A DNA stretch of 64,000 bases from Candidatus Neptunichlamydia sp. (GCA_965233865.1 OZ247587.1:1766389-1830388); one strand, 5' to 3'; shown: positions 20,802 to 30,639, counted from the first letter of the stretch. Translations and numbers: made by a program. The notes: generated by a model not told the origin, from the sequence alone.

Positions 20802-20957
20802 TTAATTGACGAGACAAACCTTTTCAGTTGCATTGATCTCCTGGGAGGTTTTGTCATAAGAGGCCACCATTGAAGCACTGGCATGCCCTGTCACCTTCAT
20901 GATGTCGCTGTCCTGGAACCCCTGCTGCTTCAAATAAGTCACGGTCGATGTTCTGAG
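20802..20957 (-). pseudogene. C-terminal fragment of a tyrosine recombinase resembling chlamydial plasmid pGP7/pGP8 integrases, truncated by IS6
   Basis: Manual translation LRTSTVTYLKQQGFQDSDIMKVTGHASASMVASYDKTSQEINATEKVCLVN*, containing catalytic R...GH...Y residues; abuts the IS6 end. Confidence 0.8.
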
Positions 20958-21815
20958 AGTTCTGTTGCAAAAACCTTCATCTCTGAATAGGAGCTTCCAC
21001 TTTATTGGATTTTCTCTTTCTAGGCAGCTAAGCCTCTGACCTCGAAGAGATCTTCAATAAATATCTTTACGCCTCGGGCGTTTGCATCTGAAATCTCATC
21101 AATTTGTCCTTTGAAAATCATGTGCATGGCTTCAATGCCTGCAATGGTGTTTCTCGCGGTCTCTAGACTCTTATATCCCATGGCACATCTGTGCTGCCTT
21201 TTAATGGGCCTGTAGTCTTGTTCCAAAACGTTGTGGAGGTACTTGATCTGACGAAGTTTCGTTTTTTTAGGGAACCCTTTACTCTTTTTCATCGTGTTAA
21301 ATGCTGGAGGATAGGAAGCATATTTATCGACATTAATCACCCTAGGTTTCCCAAAGCTAGAGATTTGACAAAAGAATGTTAATGCGGCGACTACATCGCG
21401 TTTTTCGCTTAAGTAAAAATCGATTGTTTTTCCTTTAGAGTCGATTGCTCTATAGAGATAGATCCACTTTCCTTTCACTTTGAGATAGGTTTCATCAACA
21501 CGCCATGAATCATTAGGCTTCCCTACAAACGACTTAATTTTCTTCCTGATTTCTGGTCCATATTTTTGTACCCATCGATAAATTGTTGTGTGGTCAATAC
21601 TCAATCCACGCTCATTCATCATCTCTTTCAAATTCCTATAGCTGAGGTTGTAACGTAAATACCATCGAACGCAAAGTAATATGATTTCTGCTGAATAATG
21701 GCGCCACTTAAACGGATGTTGATGATTCACTTTTGCTTCCTGCTCTGTTTTTGATAGGACCAAGCATAAGTTTTAAACGGTTTTTCATCGAGAACACATT
21801 TTTTGCAACAGAACC
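20958..21815 (-). mobile_element. IS6-family insertion sequence, copy 2 (inverted, near-identical to copy 1)
   Basis: Same inverted repeats (terminal base at 20958 is A instead of G) and the same transposase with three residue changes downstream of the GTG start. Confidence 0.95.
21020..21730 (-). CDS. IS6-family DDE transposase
   Basis: Near-identical to 17848-18558 (KRKW>KGKW, YLNN>YLHN, ARYV>ARGV). Confidence 0.93.
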   Translation of the reverse strand: MNHQHPFKWRHYSAEIILLCVRWYLRYNLSYRNLKEMMNERGLSIDHTTIYRWVQKYGPEIRKKIKSFVGKPNDSWRVDETYLKVKGKWIYLYRAIDSKGKTIDFYLSEKRDVVAALTFFCQISSFGKPRVINVDKYASYPPAFNTMKKSKGFPKKTKLRQIKYLHNVLEQDYRPIKRQHRCAMGYKSLETARNTIAGIEAMHMIFKGQIDEISDANARGVKIFIEDLFEVRGLAA

Positions 21816-21971
21816 GTTTTTGCGCATTGAGTTTTCCGGCTGGCTCAAATTAGCCGAGGGGTTGGAAAAAACGTACAAAGTCGAGTTGTAAAAGAATGAC
21901 ATGCATACTTAAATACCTATTAATTATACTGAATGTGTTGTATATTCGTCTAAAAATAAAGGGGTATAGAA

Positions 21972-23612
21972 TTGCCTACAAACCAAAAAACCGTTGGGAA
22001 AAAGAACACCCAATTAGAGACAGGGATCCAGATCCTTCTTGACGGAAATCATCTTACTACATCAGAGGTCTTCAAGGCAGCTTTTGATTTTGATATAGAA
22101 ATTGCAATTAATCAGGAAACTGCCAAGCGCATAGACACCTCTCGTCAAACTCTGAACCAATTGGTGAAGGAGGGTCGCATTATTTATGGTGTGAATACGG
22201 GCGTTGGAGGCTTTGTTGACTGGCTCATCCCAGAAAACGATGCTGAAAAACTCCAAGAAAATCTGATTTCTGCTGTTGCAACCAATGTGGGCGCATACCT
22301 CGATGATTCGATCTCGCGAGCTGCAATGCTTGTACGCTTGAACTCACTGGCCCGCGGTGCTTCTGCAATTTCCTTAGAAAACTTCAATAAATTATTAAAG
22401 ATCTATAACGCTGGCATTGTTCCCTGCATACCATCTAAGGGATCATTAGGTGCCAGTGGAGATTTAGGCCCTTTAGCATGTATTACTCTCGTTGCCACAG
22501 GGAAATGGAAGGCAAAATACAAGGGAAGAATTCTCTCTGGTAAAAAAGCTTTGGAACAAGCCAGCATCGAACCTATGAAATTGGGCTTCAAAGAGGGGCT
22601 TAGCTTGGTAAATGGAACATCTGTAATGACAGGTTTGGCAGCAATCTTAGTTGAACAAGCCATTTCTCTAATCAAAACTTATGACATTATCTCATGCCTA
22701 ACCTTCGAAAGTCTGAAAGTCAAAAAACAACCCTTTAATCCAGTAGTTCATCGCGAAAAACCCCATCTAGGACAACTTCAAACAGCAAAAAACATTTGGG
22801 CCATTCTTGAAGATAGCCAAATGACCGTTAATGAAGAAACTGTTGAGGAGCATTTGCAATCCTATTCGACTGCCGAGCCAATCCCCACAGATTCTCCTAT
22901 AGAAGATGCATATTCCATTAGATGCACCCCCCAAATCATGGGCCCTATTCGAGATACTATCAGGTGGGTTCAGTCCATTATCACAAATGAAATTAACTCA
23001 ACCAACGACAATCCTATAGTTCTTTCTAAGGAGAAGGAAGTTTTTCATAACGGACATTTCCATGGGCAATATATTTCTATGGCAATGGATTATCTTGGAA
23101 TTTGTTTTACAACTCTGTCAAATCTTTCTGATAGAAGAGTAGACCGTTTTATGGATGCTTCCAATAGTAATGGTCTTCCAGGCTTTTTATGTGCTGAAAA
23201 TCCAGGTTTGAGGCTTGGACTTATGGGAGGTCAGTTCATGTCAGCGTCGGTGACCTCTGAGAATAGATCGTTATGCACACCAGTTTCAATTCAAACTTTG
23301 ACTTCTACGGGGGATTTTCAAGACATTGTTTCGATGGGGTTAGTTGCCGCAAGGAGGGCTAAAGAAATATTAACCAACACCTATTACGTAGTTTCGTTTG
23401 AGCTACTTTGTGCTGCTCAAGCTGCTGAGATAAGAGGAAAACACCTCCTTTCGGAAGGATCGGTATGTGCGTTGAAGTTTGTAAGAGAGGTTGTTCCTTA
23501 CCTATCCAATGATCAAATCTTAACCGATTACCTTGAAAATTTATCTGGAGCCATTAGATCTGGAAACTTGCTTAAGAAAATAGAGAGCAAAATTGGGAAA
23601 ATTCCCTTGTAG
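21972..23612 (+). CDS. MIO-dependent aromatic amino acid aminomutase/ammonia-lyase, AdmH/EncP-type (probable phenylalanine 2,3-aminomutase)
   Basis: MIO tripeptide GSLGASGDL; YGVNTG; specificity loop NLISAVATNVG; EDAYSIRCTPQ, NDNP, HNGHFHGQY, GLRLGLMGGQFM, TGDFQDIVS. Confidence 0.85.
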   Translation: MPTNQKTVGKKNTQLETGIQILLDGNHLTTSEVFKAAFDFDIEIAINQETAKRIDTSRQTLNQLVKEGRIIYGVNTGVGGFVDWLIPENDAEKLQENLISAVATNVGAYLDDSISRAAMLVRLNSLARGASAISLENFNKLLKIYNAGIVPCIPSKGSLGASGDLGPLACITLVATGKWKAKYKGRILSGKKALEQASIEPMKLGFKEGLSLVNGTSVMTGLAAILVEQAISLIKTYDIISCLTFESLKVKKQPFNPVVHREKPHLGQLQTAKNIWAILEDSQMTVNEETVEEHLQSYSTAEPIPTDSPIEDAYSIRCTPQIMGPIRDTIRWVQSIITNEINSTNDNPIVLSKEKEVFHNGHFHGQYISMAMDYLGICFTTLSNLSDRRVDRFMDASNSNGLPGFLCAENPGLRLGLMGGQFMSASVTSENRSLCTPVSIQTLTSTGDFQDIVSMGLVAARRAKEILTNTYYVVSFELLCAAQAAEIRGKHLLSEGSVCALKFVREVVPYLSNDQILTDYLENLSGAIRSGNLLKKIESKIGKIPL

Positions 23613-23685
23613 AGGAAACTATTAATGTCTGCGAACAATTTAATTATCTCAAATTCCCATACAGAAACAATTATGGTTAATGTAG

Positions 23686-24567
23686 GTGGAGGTCGGCATA
23701 GAAGCTAAAATTTCGAATAAAATCCGTGCTGTTTTGAAGAAAAATAGCTCACACTGTTGGGGACCTGAAGAGCAACTTAACTGCCTATTGCAGCTAATCG
23801 AGTTTCCAATGGGGAGGGATTTTTTGATATCCGGAGGCATGAGCTCCTACTGGATTGATTATCTAGTTAATAAAAAAAAAGAACCTTCTCTTCCTCGGTC
23901 TCGCAACCCACTACAAGAGTTAATAGAACAAAAATCTTATCTAATATCGTCTTGGAGGGAAGTTTATCAAATATTCATTAAATTGGAGCAACAACAAGTT
24001 CGAGACGGCTGTGTTTTTGCGTCAATTCCATGCGGTTATATGAGAGATTTTTTTCAGGTTGATTTTTCTAAGATTAGTGAATTTAAGTTGATTGGGATTG
24101 ATTTAGACAGAACTGTCTTGAAACGAGTTCGCAAGTTATCCAAAGATTATGGATTTCATGATAGAACAGCAACTTATTGTTGTGATGCTTTAGATCTACC
24201 TTTTGAAGGTCAGTTTGATTTAGTATCGAGTTGCGGGTTAAATATATATTTAACTGGTTTCAATCAAGTAGATATGATGTATAAAATTTTCTTTAAATCT
24301 CTTAAAGAGCAAGGGATTTTGTTGATTCATTTTCTTACCGTACCACCATTTTTGGGAAGTATGTCAGAATGGAAAACAGATAAAATGGACCGAGAAGTTG
24401 AAGCTTTCGATCTATTTCTCCTCCAAAAGGTAATAGAATTTACTGATCACTCCTACATCGCAACTAATGCCATAATTCAAAGGTTAGAAAGAATTGGATT
24501 CAAAGAAGTTAAAGTAGAACGTGATTCTTATGGAATTGGTGCAGTAGCGATCGCAAAAAAAAATTAG
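23686..24567 (+). CDS. Class I SAM-dependent methyltransferase
   Basis: Motif I-like FASIPCGYMRD, LIGIDLD, CDALDLPFEGQFDLVSSCGL, LKEQGILL; N-terminus uncertain. Confidence 0.75.
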   Translation: MEVGIEAKISNKIRAVLKKNSSHCWGPEEQLNCLLQLIEFPMGRDFLISGGMSSYWIDYLVNKKKEPSLPRSRNPLQELIEQKSYLISSWREVYQIFIKLEQQQVRDGCVFASIPCGYMRDFFQVDFSKISEFKLIGIDLDRTVLKRVRKLSKDYGFHDRTATYCCDALDLPFEGQFDLVSSCGLNIYLTGFNQVDMMYKIFFKSLKEQGILLIHFLTVPPFLGSMSEWKTDKMDREVEAFDLFLLQKVIEFTDHSYIATNAIIQRLERIGFKEVKVERDSYGIGAVAIAKKN

Positions 24568-24648
24568 GAGTTCTGAATGGCTTAGAACTCAAAGACAACC
24601 AGCTAAAACTTTTCTGATTTTAAGATTGAGAAGAGAGGAAGTTTTTAA

Positions 24649-24677
24649 TTGACGCACGGAAATATGCTCTGTAAACT
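24649..24677 (+). promoter_or_regulatory. sigma66/sigma70-type promoter TTGACG-17nt-TAAACT
   Basis: Near-consensus hexamers with 17-nt spacing, followed by a GGAGGA RBS before GTG 24710. Confidence 0.55.
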
Positions 24678-24709
24678 AAGATAATTATGAATGATGGAGG
24701 ATTTCATCT

Positions 24710-25984
24710 GTGAGCGTAATTTCTAGAGATAGGACAAATTCCAGAAAATTATATTGCGTGGTTCTCCTGCTGTTTCTAATAGATCTGCTATGTGAAAACT
24801 ATGTAGTTTCTTTATTTGATTCGCTGAATTATGCACCAAAGCTAGCATGGCTCTTTCTCCTAATGCCGGTGCAAATTATTTTGGCTCCTGTACAGGCATC
24901 GGCATCTGATCATTTTACACGAAAAAAAACTATTTATGTCGCTCTAGCCTCAAACTTTCTATGCATTTTGACTGGTTTGGTTTTTCTCTAGGTGGACGGT
25001 CTTCGCGTTTGGGCATTGATACTTATGGTCATATTCAAGTCAGCGCTTGGGAATCTTGTTCCCCTTGGTCTTGTGTCGATCTCAGATATGCATAAAAAGA
25101 GTTATCGGCCCTATTTCATTGGGACGACTTCTATTTACGCGGCGGCTTTTATAGCTATCAGGTACTCAATTTCAACCCTTAGTGCATTGAGTTTTTCGGC
25201 CTTCTTAATCCCTCTAATATTGGTTACAATATTACTAGTACATTTTCAATTCTTCGATGAGGAGGACAGGAAAAGCGATTTGATGCCTTATGGCATGCTG
25301 AAAGATGCAAAATACAACTCTTGGATTCAAAAACTATTTGGGTTCTTTCGCAGAGTGCCACTAGTATTTTCACTGATATTTCAGCAGACCTTCAAAGATT
25401 CAAAAAAGATAGTGTCTGACATTCGGTCAAAAGTTATCAGAGCGGCTTTGATGGGGTACTTTTGGTGGGAAGTGTCCATGTATAGTATCGTTGTGTCAGC
25501 TGTAGATCTAAGCTTTTTCCCCAAAAATTCTTTGTTCCCTCTGATAATGATGTGCGGATTTTTATTCGGAGCTATTATTGTTTTCACCTTATTGCGCAGA
25601 TGGACTGATCAAAGGGTAATTAAGTGGGGTTATTGGATATCCGTAGTTTCTCTGGTTCCGGTTTTTATTTTTGGGTGGGGCGAAGCTCACAGAGAACTCA
25701 CTTTAGAGGTTTGTTATTTTTTCCATGCCGCTGGGAATGCCTTTCTTTCTGCAGCATTTATGTCCTTGCTCGCAAGAGAGAGAGAACATCATGTCCAGGG
25801 GAGAACATATGGCTTAATAGATTCATTTGATAACCTCGCATTCCTAGTTGGTACAGTGCTTGGAATTTGTTTCCAAATGTTGGAACTGAATGTGATTTAT
25901 CTCGTTATTTTTTCGTTTGCAAGCTTTTTGCTTTCTATCAAATATTACAAAAGGTTCCAGGGGAAATATGAACAAAAAAGTTAG
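24710..25984 (+). pseudogene. MFS transporter interrupted by an in-frame TAG (24989-24991)
   Basis: Two abutting in-frame ORFs give a full-length MFS of about 424 codons: motif A-like ASASDHFTRKK in part 1, HHVQGRTYG in part 2. Confidence 0.75.
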
Positions 25985-27578
25985 TACAATGGCGAAAGAA
26001 TGGGTTGATCCACCAACAGTTGGTGACAGTGATTCCCTTCTTCAGAGGTTTATCTACAATGTCTTAAATTTCGGGACCAGATATGCGGTTGATTCAATAG
26101 AAGTTAAGCTTACTTATTCTGAGCTGGACCATTTATCTGAACGATTATCTTGTTATCTTAAGGAATGTGGGGTCGAAAAAGGCGATTTTATAGGCTTGTG
26201 TTTGCCAAACAATGCAAATTGGGTGGTGGCGCTTCTAGCGATACTGAAATCTGGAGCAGTCTATTTTCCGATCGACCCTACCTATCCCATAGAAACAGTA
26301 AAGTATATGATCTCCAACACTGACCCTAAAATGATTCTTTCATCAAGACGGTTTGATGAAGTTTTTTCTAGGCTGAGATCAGACTATGTGGACATCGAGA
26401 ATCAGTTGTCCATTTACAAGCAGCAACCTTATAGTGTGCGGGCTAGACTATCGGACTTGTATGAGATTAGTCCTAGTGATCTAGCCTATGTTATTTACAC
26501 GTCAGGAACCACGGGGAATCCAAAGGGAATCTTAGTTACTCATGGGAATTTATGTAATATTTACTGTTCACGTAAAGACTATTATCCTGAGAATTTCAGA
26601 GGATTAATTTCTGGGGGCGTTTGTTTTGATGCAAGCTTATTGGCAACATTTTATAGCTTAATGAGTGGTGGCTGTTTATGCTTATTTAATTTTCGCTCCG
26701 CCGAGAGCATTTCTGAATTAAAGGATTTTATAAATGAATTTCAAGTTAATTATATCATAAGCGTCCCCTCAAAATATCGTGATTTTCTGAATAATAAACC
26801 CAATGTCTGCTTACAATGTGTCAGCCTAACTGGGGAACAACTGCCTAAAAGCCTAAGTTTACTCCATGCTGAGTACGCTCCACAAACTCAATTGCTAAAC
26901 GAATATGGCCCCTCTGAATACGCCATAGGAACAAGCATTGCTACGATCTATTCTCCTGAGGGTAAGACTTTACGAGAAATTTCTGTGGGATATCCACTTT
27001 CAAATACTTGGGTGTATATTCTTGACGATAAACTACGTCCTACCCCTGAGGGGTCTTTGGGGGAAATATATATTTCAGGGGTTGGTGTATCGGCGGGATA
27101 TTTGAAAGAAGAGAAGCTGAACACCCAGAGATTTATGAACATATCCATCAACGGTGGAAAGGTTAAAAGAACATACAGGACAGGTGATATTGGGCGGTAT
27201 GTTGAAGGTGAAGAAATTCAGTGTCTTGGGCGTATTGAAAACCAGGTGCAGTATAAGGGTCAAAAAATCTACCTGGCGACAATTGAAAATATTTTTTACC
27301 AACATCCAAATATTTACAGCGTTGTTGTCTTTTCACACTTTGGTTCTAACGACGAGGAAATTGTGGTTTGCTTCACTACTGTTCAAAGTACCTCCTTTGA
27401 TGAACTATACGATTTTTTGGATAAGAACCTATCATTATGTTTGCCCCCCTTAAGGTTGATTCGGTATAACCAATTTCCTATGCTCCCAAATGGAAAGATT
27501 GATCGAGTCAAAATATTGAACGCTATTCATTCCAAAGATCTGTGGAAGAAATTAAAATCAAACCAGATCGTAAGGTAA
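25968..27578 (+). CDS. Stand-alone NRPS-type amino acid adenylation domain protein
   Basis: Core motifs A1 LTYSEL, A2 LKSGAVYFPID, A3 YVIYTSGTTGNPKG, A4 FDAS, A5 NEYGPSE, A6 GEIYISGVGVSAGY, A7 YRTGD, A10 NGKIDR; no carrier (T) domain follows. Confidence 0.9.
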   Translation: MNKKVSTMAKEWVDPPTVGDSDSLLQRFIYNVLNFGTRYAVDSIEVKLTYSELDHLSERLSCYLKECGVEKGDFIGLCLPNNANWVVALLAILKSGAVYFPIDPTYPIETVKYMISNTDPKMILSSRRFDEVFSRLRSDYVDIENQLSIYKQQPYSVRARLSDLYEISPSDLAYVIYTSGTTGNPKGILVTHGNLCNIYCSRKDYYPENFRGLISGGVCFDASLLATFYSLMSGGCLCLFNFRSAESISELKDFINEFQVNYIISVPSKYRDFLNNKPNVCLQCVSLTGEQLPKSLSLLHAEYAPQTQLLNEYGPSEYAIGTSIATIYSPEGKTLREISVGYPLSNTWVYILDDKLRPTPEGSLGEIYISGVGVSAGYLKEEKLNTQRFMNISINGGKVKRTYRTGDIGRYVEGEEIQCLGRIENQVQYKGQKIYLATIENIFYQHPNIYSVVVFSHFGSNDEEIVVCFTTVQSTSFDELYDFLDKNLSLCLPPLRLIRYNQFPMLPNGKIDRVKILNAIHSKDLWKKLKSNQIVR

Positions 27579-27593
27579 CAAAAGTATCGGTTG

Positions 27594-27887
27594 TCATGGA
27601 CAATCTAAGGCGTTTTTTGGAATATGGGGAGGTATGAGTTTCCCTTCTAGAGAAGCAAATAACTCAGAAAGTTTGTCCTTTGTTTTATAGTGCGTTCCTT
27701 TCTCAATATTTTTTAAGCAGCAAGAACTTAATAGCTCATTTAAACAACTCATTGCTAGTTTCCCCAGAAAATCAGATGGAAGATTTATGCAGCTAAGTCG
27801 AAAATTCACATTGGAGCCGAAAAAATGCTCTACTTCCTCTGCATGGCACGAAAACAGCCATTTTTGGACATGCGAGTGCATTGTCAA
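27594..27887 (-). pseudogene. Possible gene remnant truncated by the adjacent IS5
   Basis: 97 aa ORF whose upstream region is cut by the IS end; no recognised motif. Confidence 0.3.
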
Positions 27888-27930
27888 AACAAACTGGTCT
27901 CGATGAAAGTAGGTTCATTTTGGGACTAGA

Positions 27931-28888
27931 CACTACAAAAGTGGCGTAAGTTAATGAGTGCAAATGCTATATACTTCATCCCATAGTGATGCGAGCTGAT
28001 TCTCTCGAACCGTATAAGAAGCCGTTTGAACTTGTCCTCCCATGCAAAGACTCGCTATATGGTACGGAAGCGTTCTTTAAAAACTTCGAAGTCAAACATG
28101 GGCTTGCGACTACTCTTGCTCTTTTTTCTATTTCGTTTGTTTGGATTGATGTTAGGTTTCATTCTCGTATTGAAGATTTTCTTACCGTTTTTACGGCAAT
28201 CATAGACCCCATCGAGGCTCATGGTGGATCCTTTAATGTTGAACCCCACAGCCTTTGCCATACTTTTCAATGGGCCCATTGCTTCACGTATGAGAGGTGA
28301 TTCATTCTTGTTGCCTGGTGCGAAAATCATAGGCGCTATAACATTGCAGCTGCGATCACATAGAGCGACAACCTTATCGCCTTTCATGTGTTTGTGACCG
28401 TTGAAACCTATATTATCGCCCCTTTTTTGGCCGTTGTCGTGCTAACATCTCCGTGAATCACATCGGTATCTAATATTTTTTTTGAAAACAACTGCTGAAC
28501 GGAACCCACAAAGATCTTTTCGAAACAGTCATCTCTATGCCAGCGTTGAAAGGTGCGGAATATGCGAGTGTGGTGGATTTCCGGTTTGCCAGATGCATCT
28601 TTTTTAATGGGAATTTCTTCCCATTGGCACCCGGTATGCATCAACTTCAAAATGTAGTTGAAGAGACGGTAAAATGACACCTTTGTCTTAGGTCCTCTTG
28701 ATCCTTCAGTGAGATGGGGCAAGACAAATTGATTAAATTCCTCTACTGACAAATAGGTCGGAATGCTTTGGTATTTTTTGCTTCTACATTTTCACTCCTA
28801 TACGGAGATAAGGTTACAATCCATCTGCAATCAAATAAAGCGTTTCATACAAATTAGGAGCAAAATAAACTAGCAATGAGTTGTAGTG
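27931..28888 (-). mobile_element. Decayed IS5-family element
   Basis: Short inverted repeats CACTACAA / TTGTAGTG. Transposase pieces 28408-28752 and 28055-28387 are joined at an AAAAAAGGGG slippery site; premature TAG at 28055-28057 interrupts TI*RVFAWEDKFKRLLIRFER. Confidence 0.85.
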
Positions 28889-29445
28889 CTGCATTTTTTT
28901 TTGATTCCAAGATTTTTTGGTATATTTTTTGTGGCTCAGAATGTTGAAAAAACGGTCTAGACTCAAGTTTTTTTAAATAGCATTGTTCTATTTTATCAAT
29001 CCCAATACCTGCAACAATTCCTCCTGTGACGTTATAGATTAAATTATCTGAATTAGCCCATGGAAAAGGTTGTTTTTGATTAACTTCTATAACTTATTGT
29101 ATAGTTTTTAAAACCACTTAAATTTAGTTTTACATATTGCAAATCATTTTAGCATGGATCCAACGTTAAAATCAATAATCTTTCAATTTCTTTGGGGCTG
29201 TGTTGAGTAAATTCGCAGAAAAAACTTGCGGAAATTATGTCAGTTCTCAACAGTCCTAAAAACGAGCTTTTCAAGGATGAAAAGGCTCTAGAGGAAAGGA
29301 TTTTATTCACATATTAGGAGACAAATTTAAGGCTTTTTGGTTATGCTCTGGCTTCAACAAGCCAACAGCCGCTTGATTTGCAAATTCAACCTTTGAAAAA
29401 AAAGACAGTTAGTTTTGCTCAAGAAAAGAAATCCTGGAAATATTA

Positions 29446-30639
29446 ATGAATATACAAACTAAAAACTCAGCTTTTGGAGCAACGGTTCTCATTACGGGGT
29501 GTTGTGTTGGAGCAGGAATGCTAGGGCTTCCTCTTGTTACTATGTCATCCGGATTTTTTTTATCGATTATTCCTCTCTTGATTGGATGGTCCTATATGTA
29601 CATGTCAGGATTAATGGTTTTAGAAGTCTACTTAGATTCAAAAAAAAATATCAATCTCATGGGACTCCTAAATGAAGTTTTAGGCAAAGGTGCCAAAATT
29701 ATTGGAGCAGGGCTATTTTTATTTTTATTTTACTCAATATTAACCGCTTACTTAAATGCATCAAGCATCTTGATTCAAGGAGCATGTAATGAATTTCTTA
29801 AAATTGATTTTTCTCAGTCATTTTATCTAATTTTAAATGCATTAATTCTATTTACTATTATCTTATCTAGCACAAGAAAAATTGATTTAATTAACAGATT
29901 TTTAGTGATTTTTATGCTTTTTTTCTATGTAGGCTTAATCTACATAGGATTGTTTCAAGTTGATCCAGTCAATTTGAAAACTTTTTCTAATGCAAGCACA
30001 GTAGTGTGGTCAATTCCTGTTTTTATTCTCTCTTTTGGCTTTCAAAATCTCATTCCAACAGTTTCGCATTATTTAAACTATGATGCAAAGAAGATAAAAT
30101 CTGCTATTTTTAGAGGGACTTTTGCTGCTTTAGGAATATATCTTATCTGGAATTTCATTATTCTAGGAGCGATCTCAAATCAAGATCAAAGAATAGTTGA
30201 AGATGGTACTAGAGCTCTACATCAGTTATTTAATTCTTCGAGTTCCCAGGTTGCATTTTTTATAAAAGGCTTTTCCTTTTTTGCAATAATTACGTCTGTT
30301 TTAGCTGTATCCTTGAGTTTTGTGAACTTTATATCAGATTCTTCTGAAAATCAAAAAAAACATGCCTTCTATACAATTTGTGTAATAGTTCCTCCTGTGA
30401 TTTTTTCTTTCCTAAACCCTGATATTTTCCTTAAGATGCTTCATATAGCAGGTGGAATTGGCGCCGTATGCCTTTTTGGGATACTTCCTCCAATGATGAT
30501 TTGGAAAAAAAGATATGTTTTAAAAAGACAGCACCAAAAAACCTTTCCTTTTGGAAAATTTATGACTGCTTCTTACCTATTAGTTTCTATCGCTATTATT
30601 ATATTAGAAATACTAAACCTCACTTGTAGGAAATCTTAA
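29446..30639 (+). CDS. Aromatic amino acid permease (TyrP/Mtr family)
   Basis: GATVLITGCCVGAGMLGLP, SFGFQNLIPT, FAIITS; about 11 transmembrane segments; low GC. Confidence 0.88.
   Translation: MNIQTKNSAFGATVLITGCCVGAGMLGLPLVTMSSGFFLSIIPLLIGWSYMYMSGLMVLEVYLDSKKNINLMGLLNEVLGKGAKIIGAGLFLFLFYSILTAYLNASSILIQGACNEFLKIDFSQSFYLILNALILFTIILSSTRKIDLINRFLVIFMLFFYVGLIYIGLFQVDPVNLKTFSNASTVVWSIPVFILSFGFQNLIPTVSHYLNYDAKKIKSAIFRGTFAALGIYLIWNFIILGAISNQDQRIVEDGTRALHQLFNSSSSQVAFFIKGFSFFAIITSVLAVSLSFVNFISDSSENQKKHAFYTICVIVPPVIFSFLNPDIFLKMLHIAGGIGAVCLFGILPPMMIWKKRYVLKRQHQKTFPFGKFMTASYLLVSIAIIILEILNLTCRKS

Noticed and set aside
21972..23612. Histidine ammonia-lyase (hutH)
   Set aside because: Lacks the Ser-His specificity pair, no hut genes are nearby, and motifs match the AdmH/EncP class.
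23683..24996. Shared TAGGTGGA at the methyltransferase start and MFS internal stop as a recoding signal
   Set aside because: Only an 8-bp match. The methyltransferase frame has another stop 14 codons upstream, and TAG is used as a normal stop elsewhere in the window.
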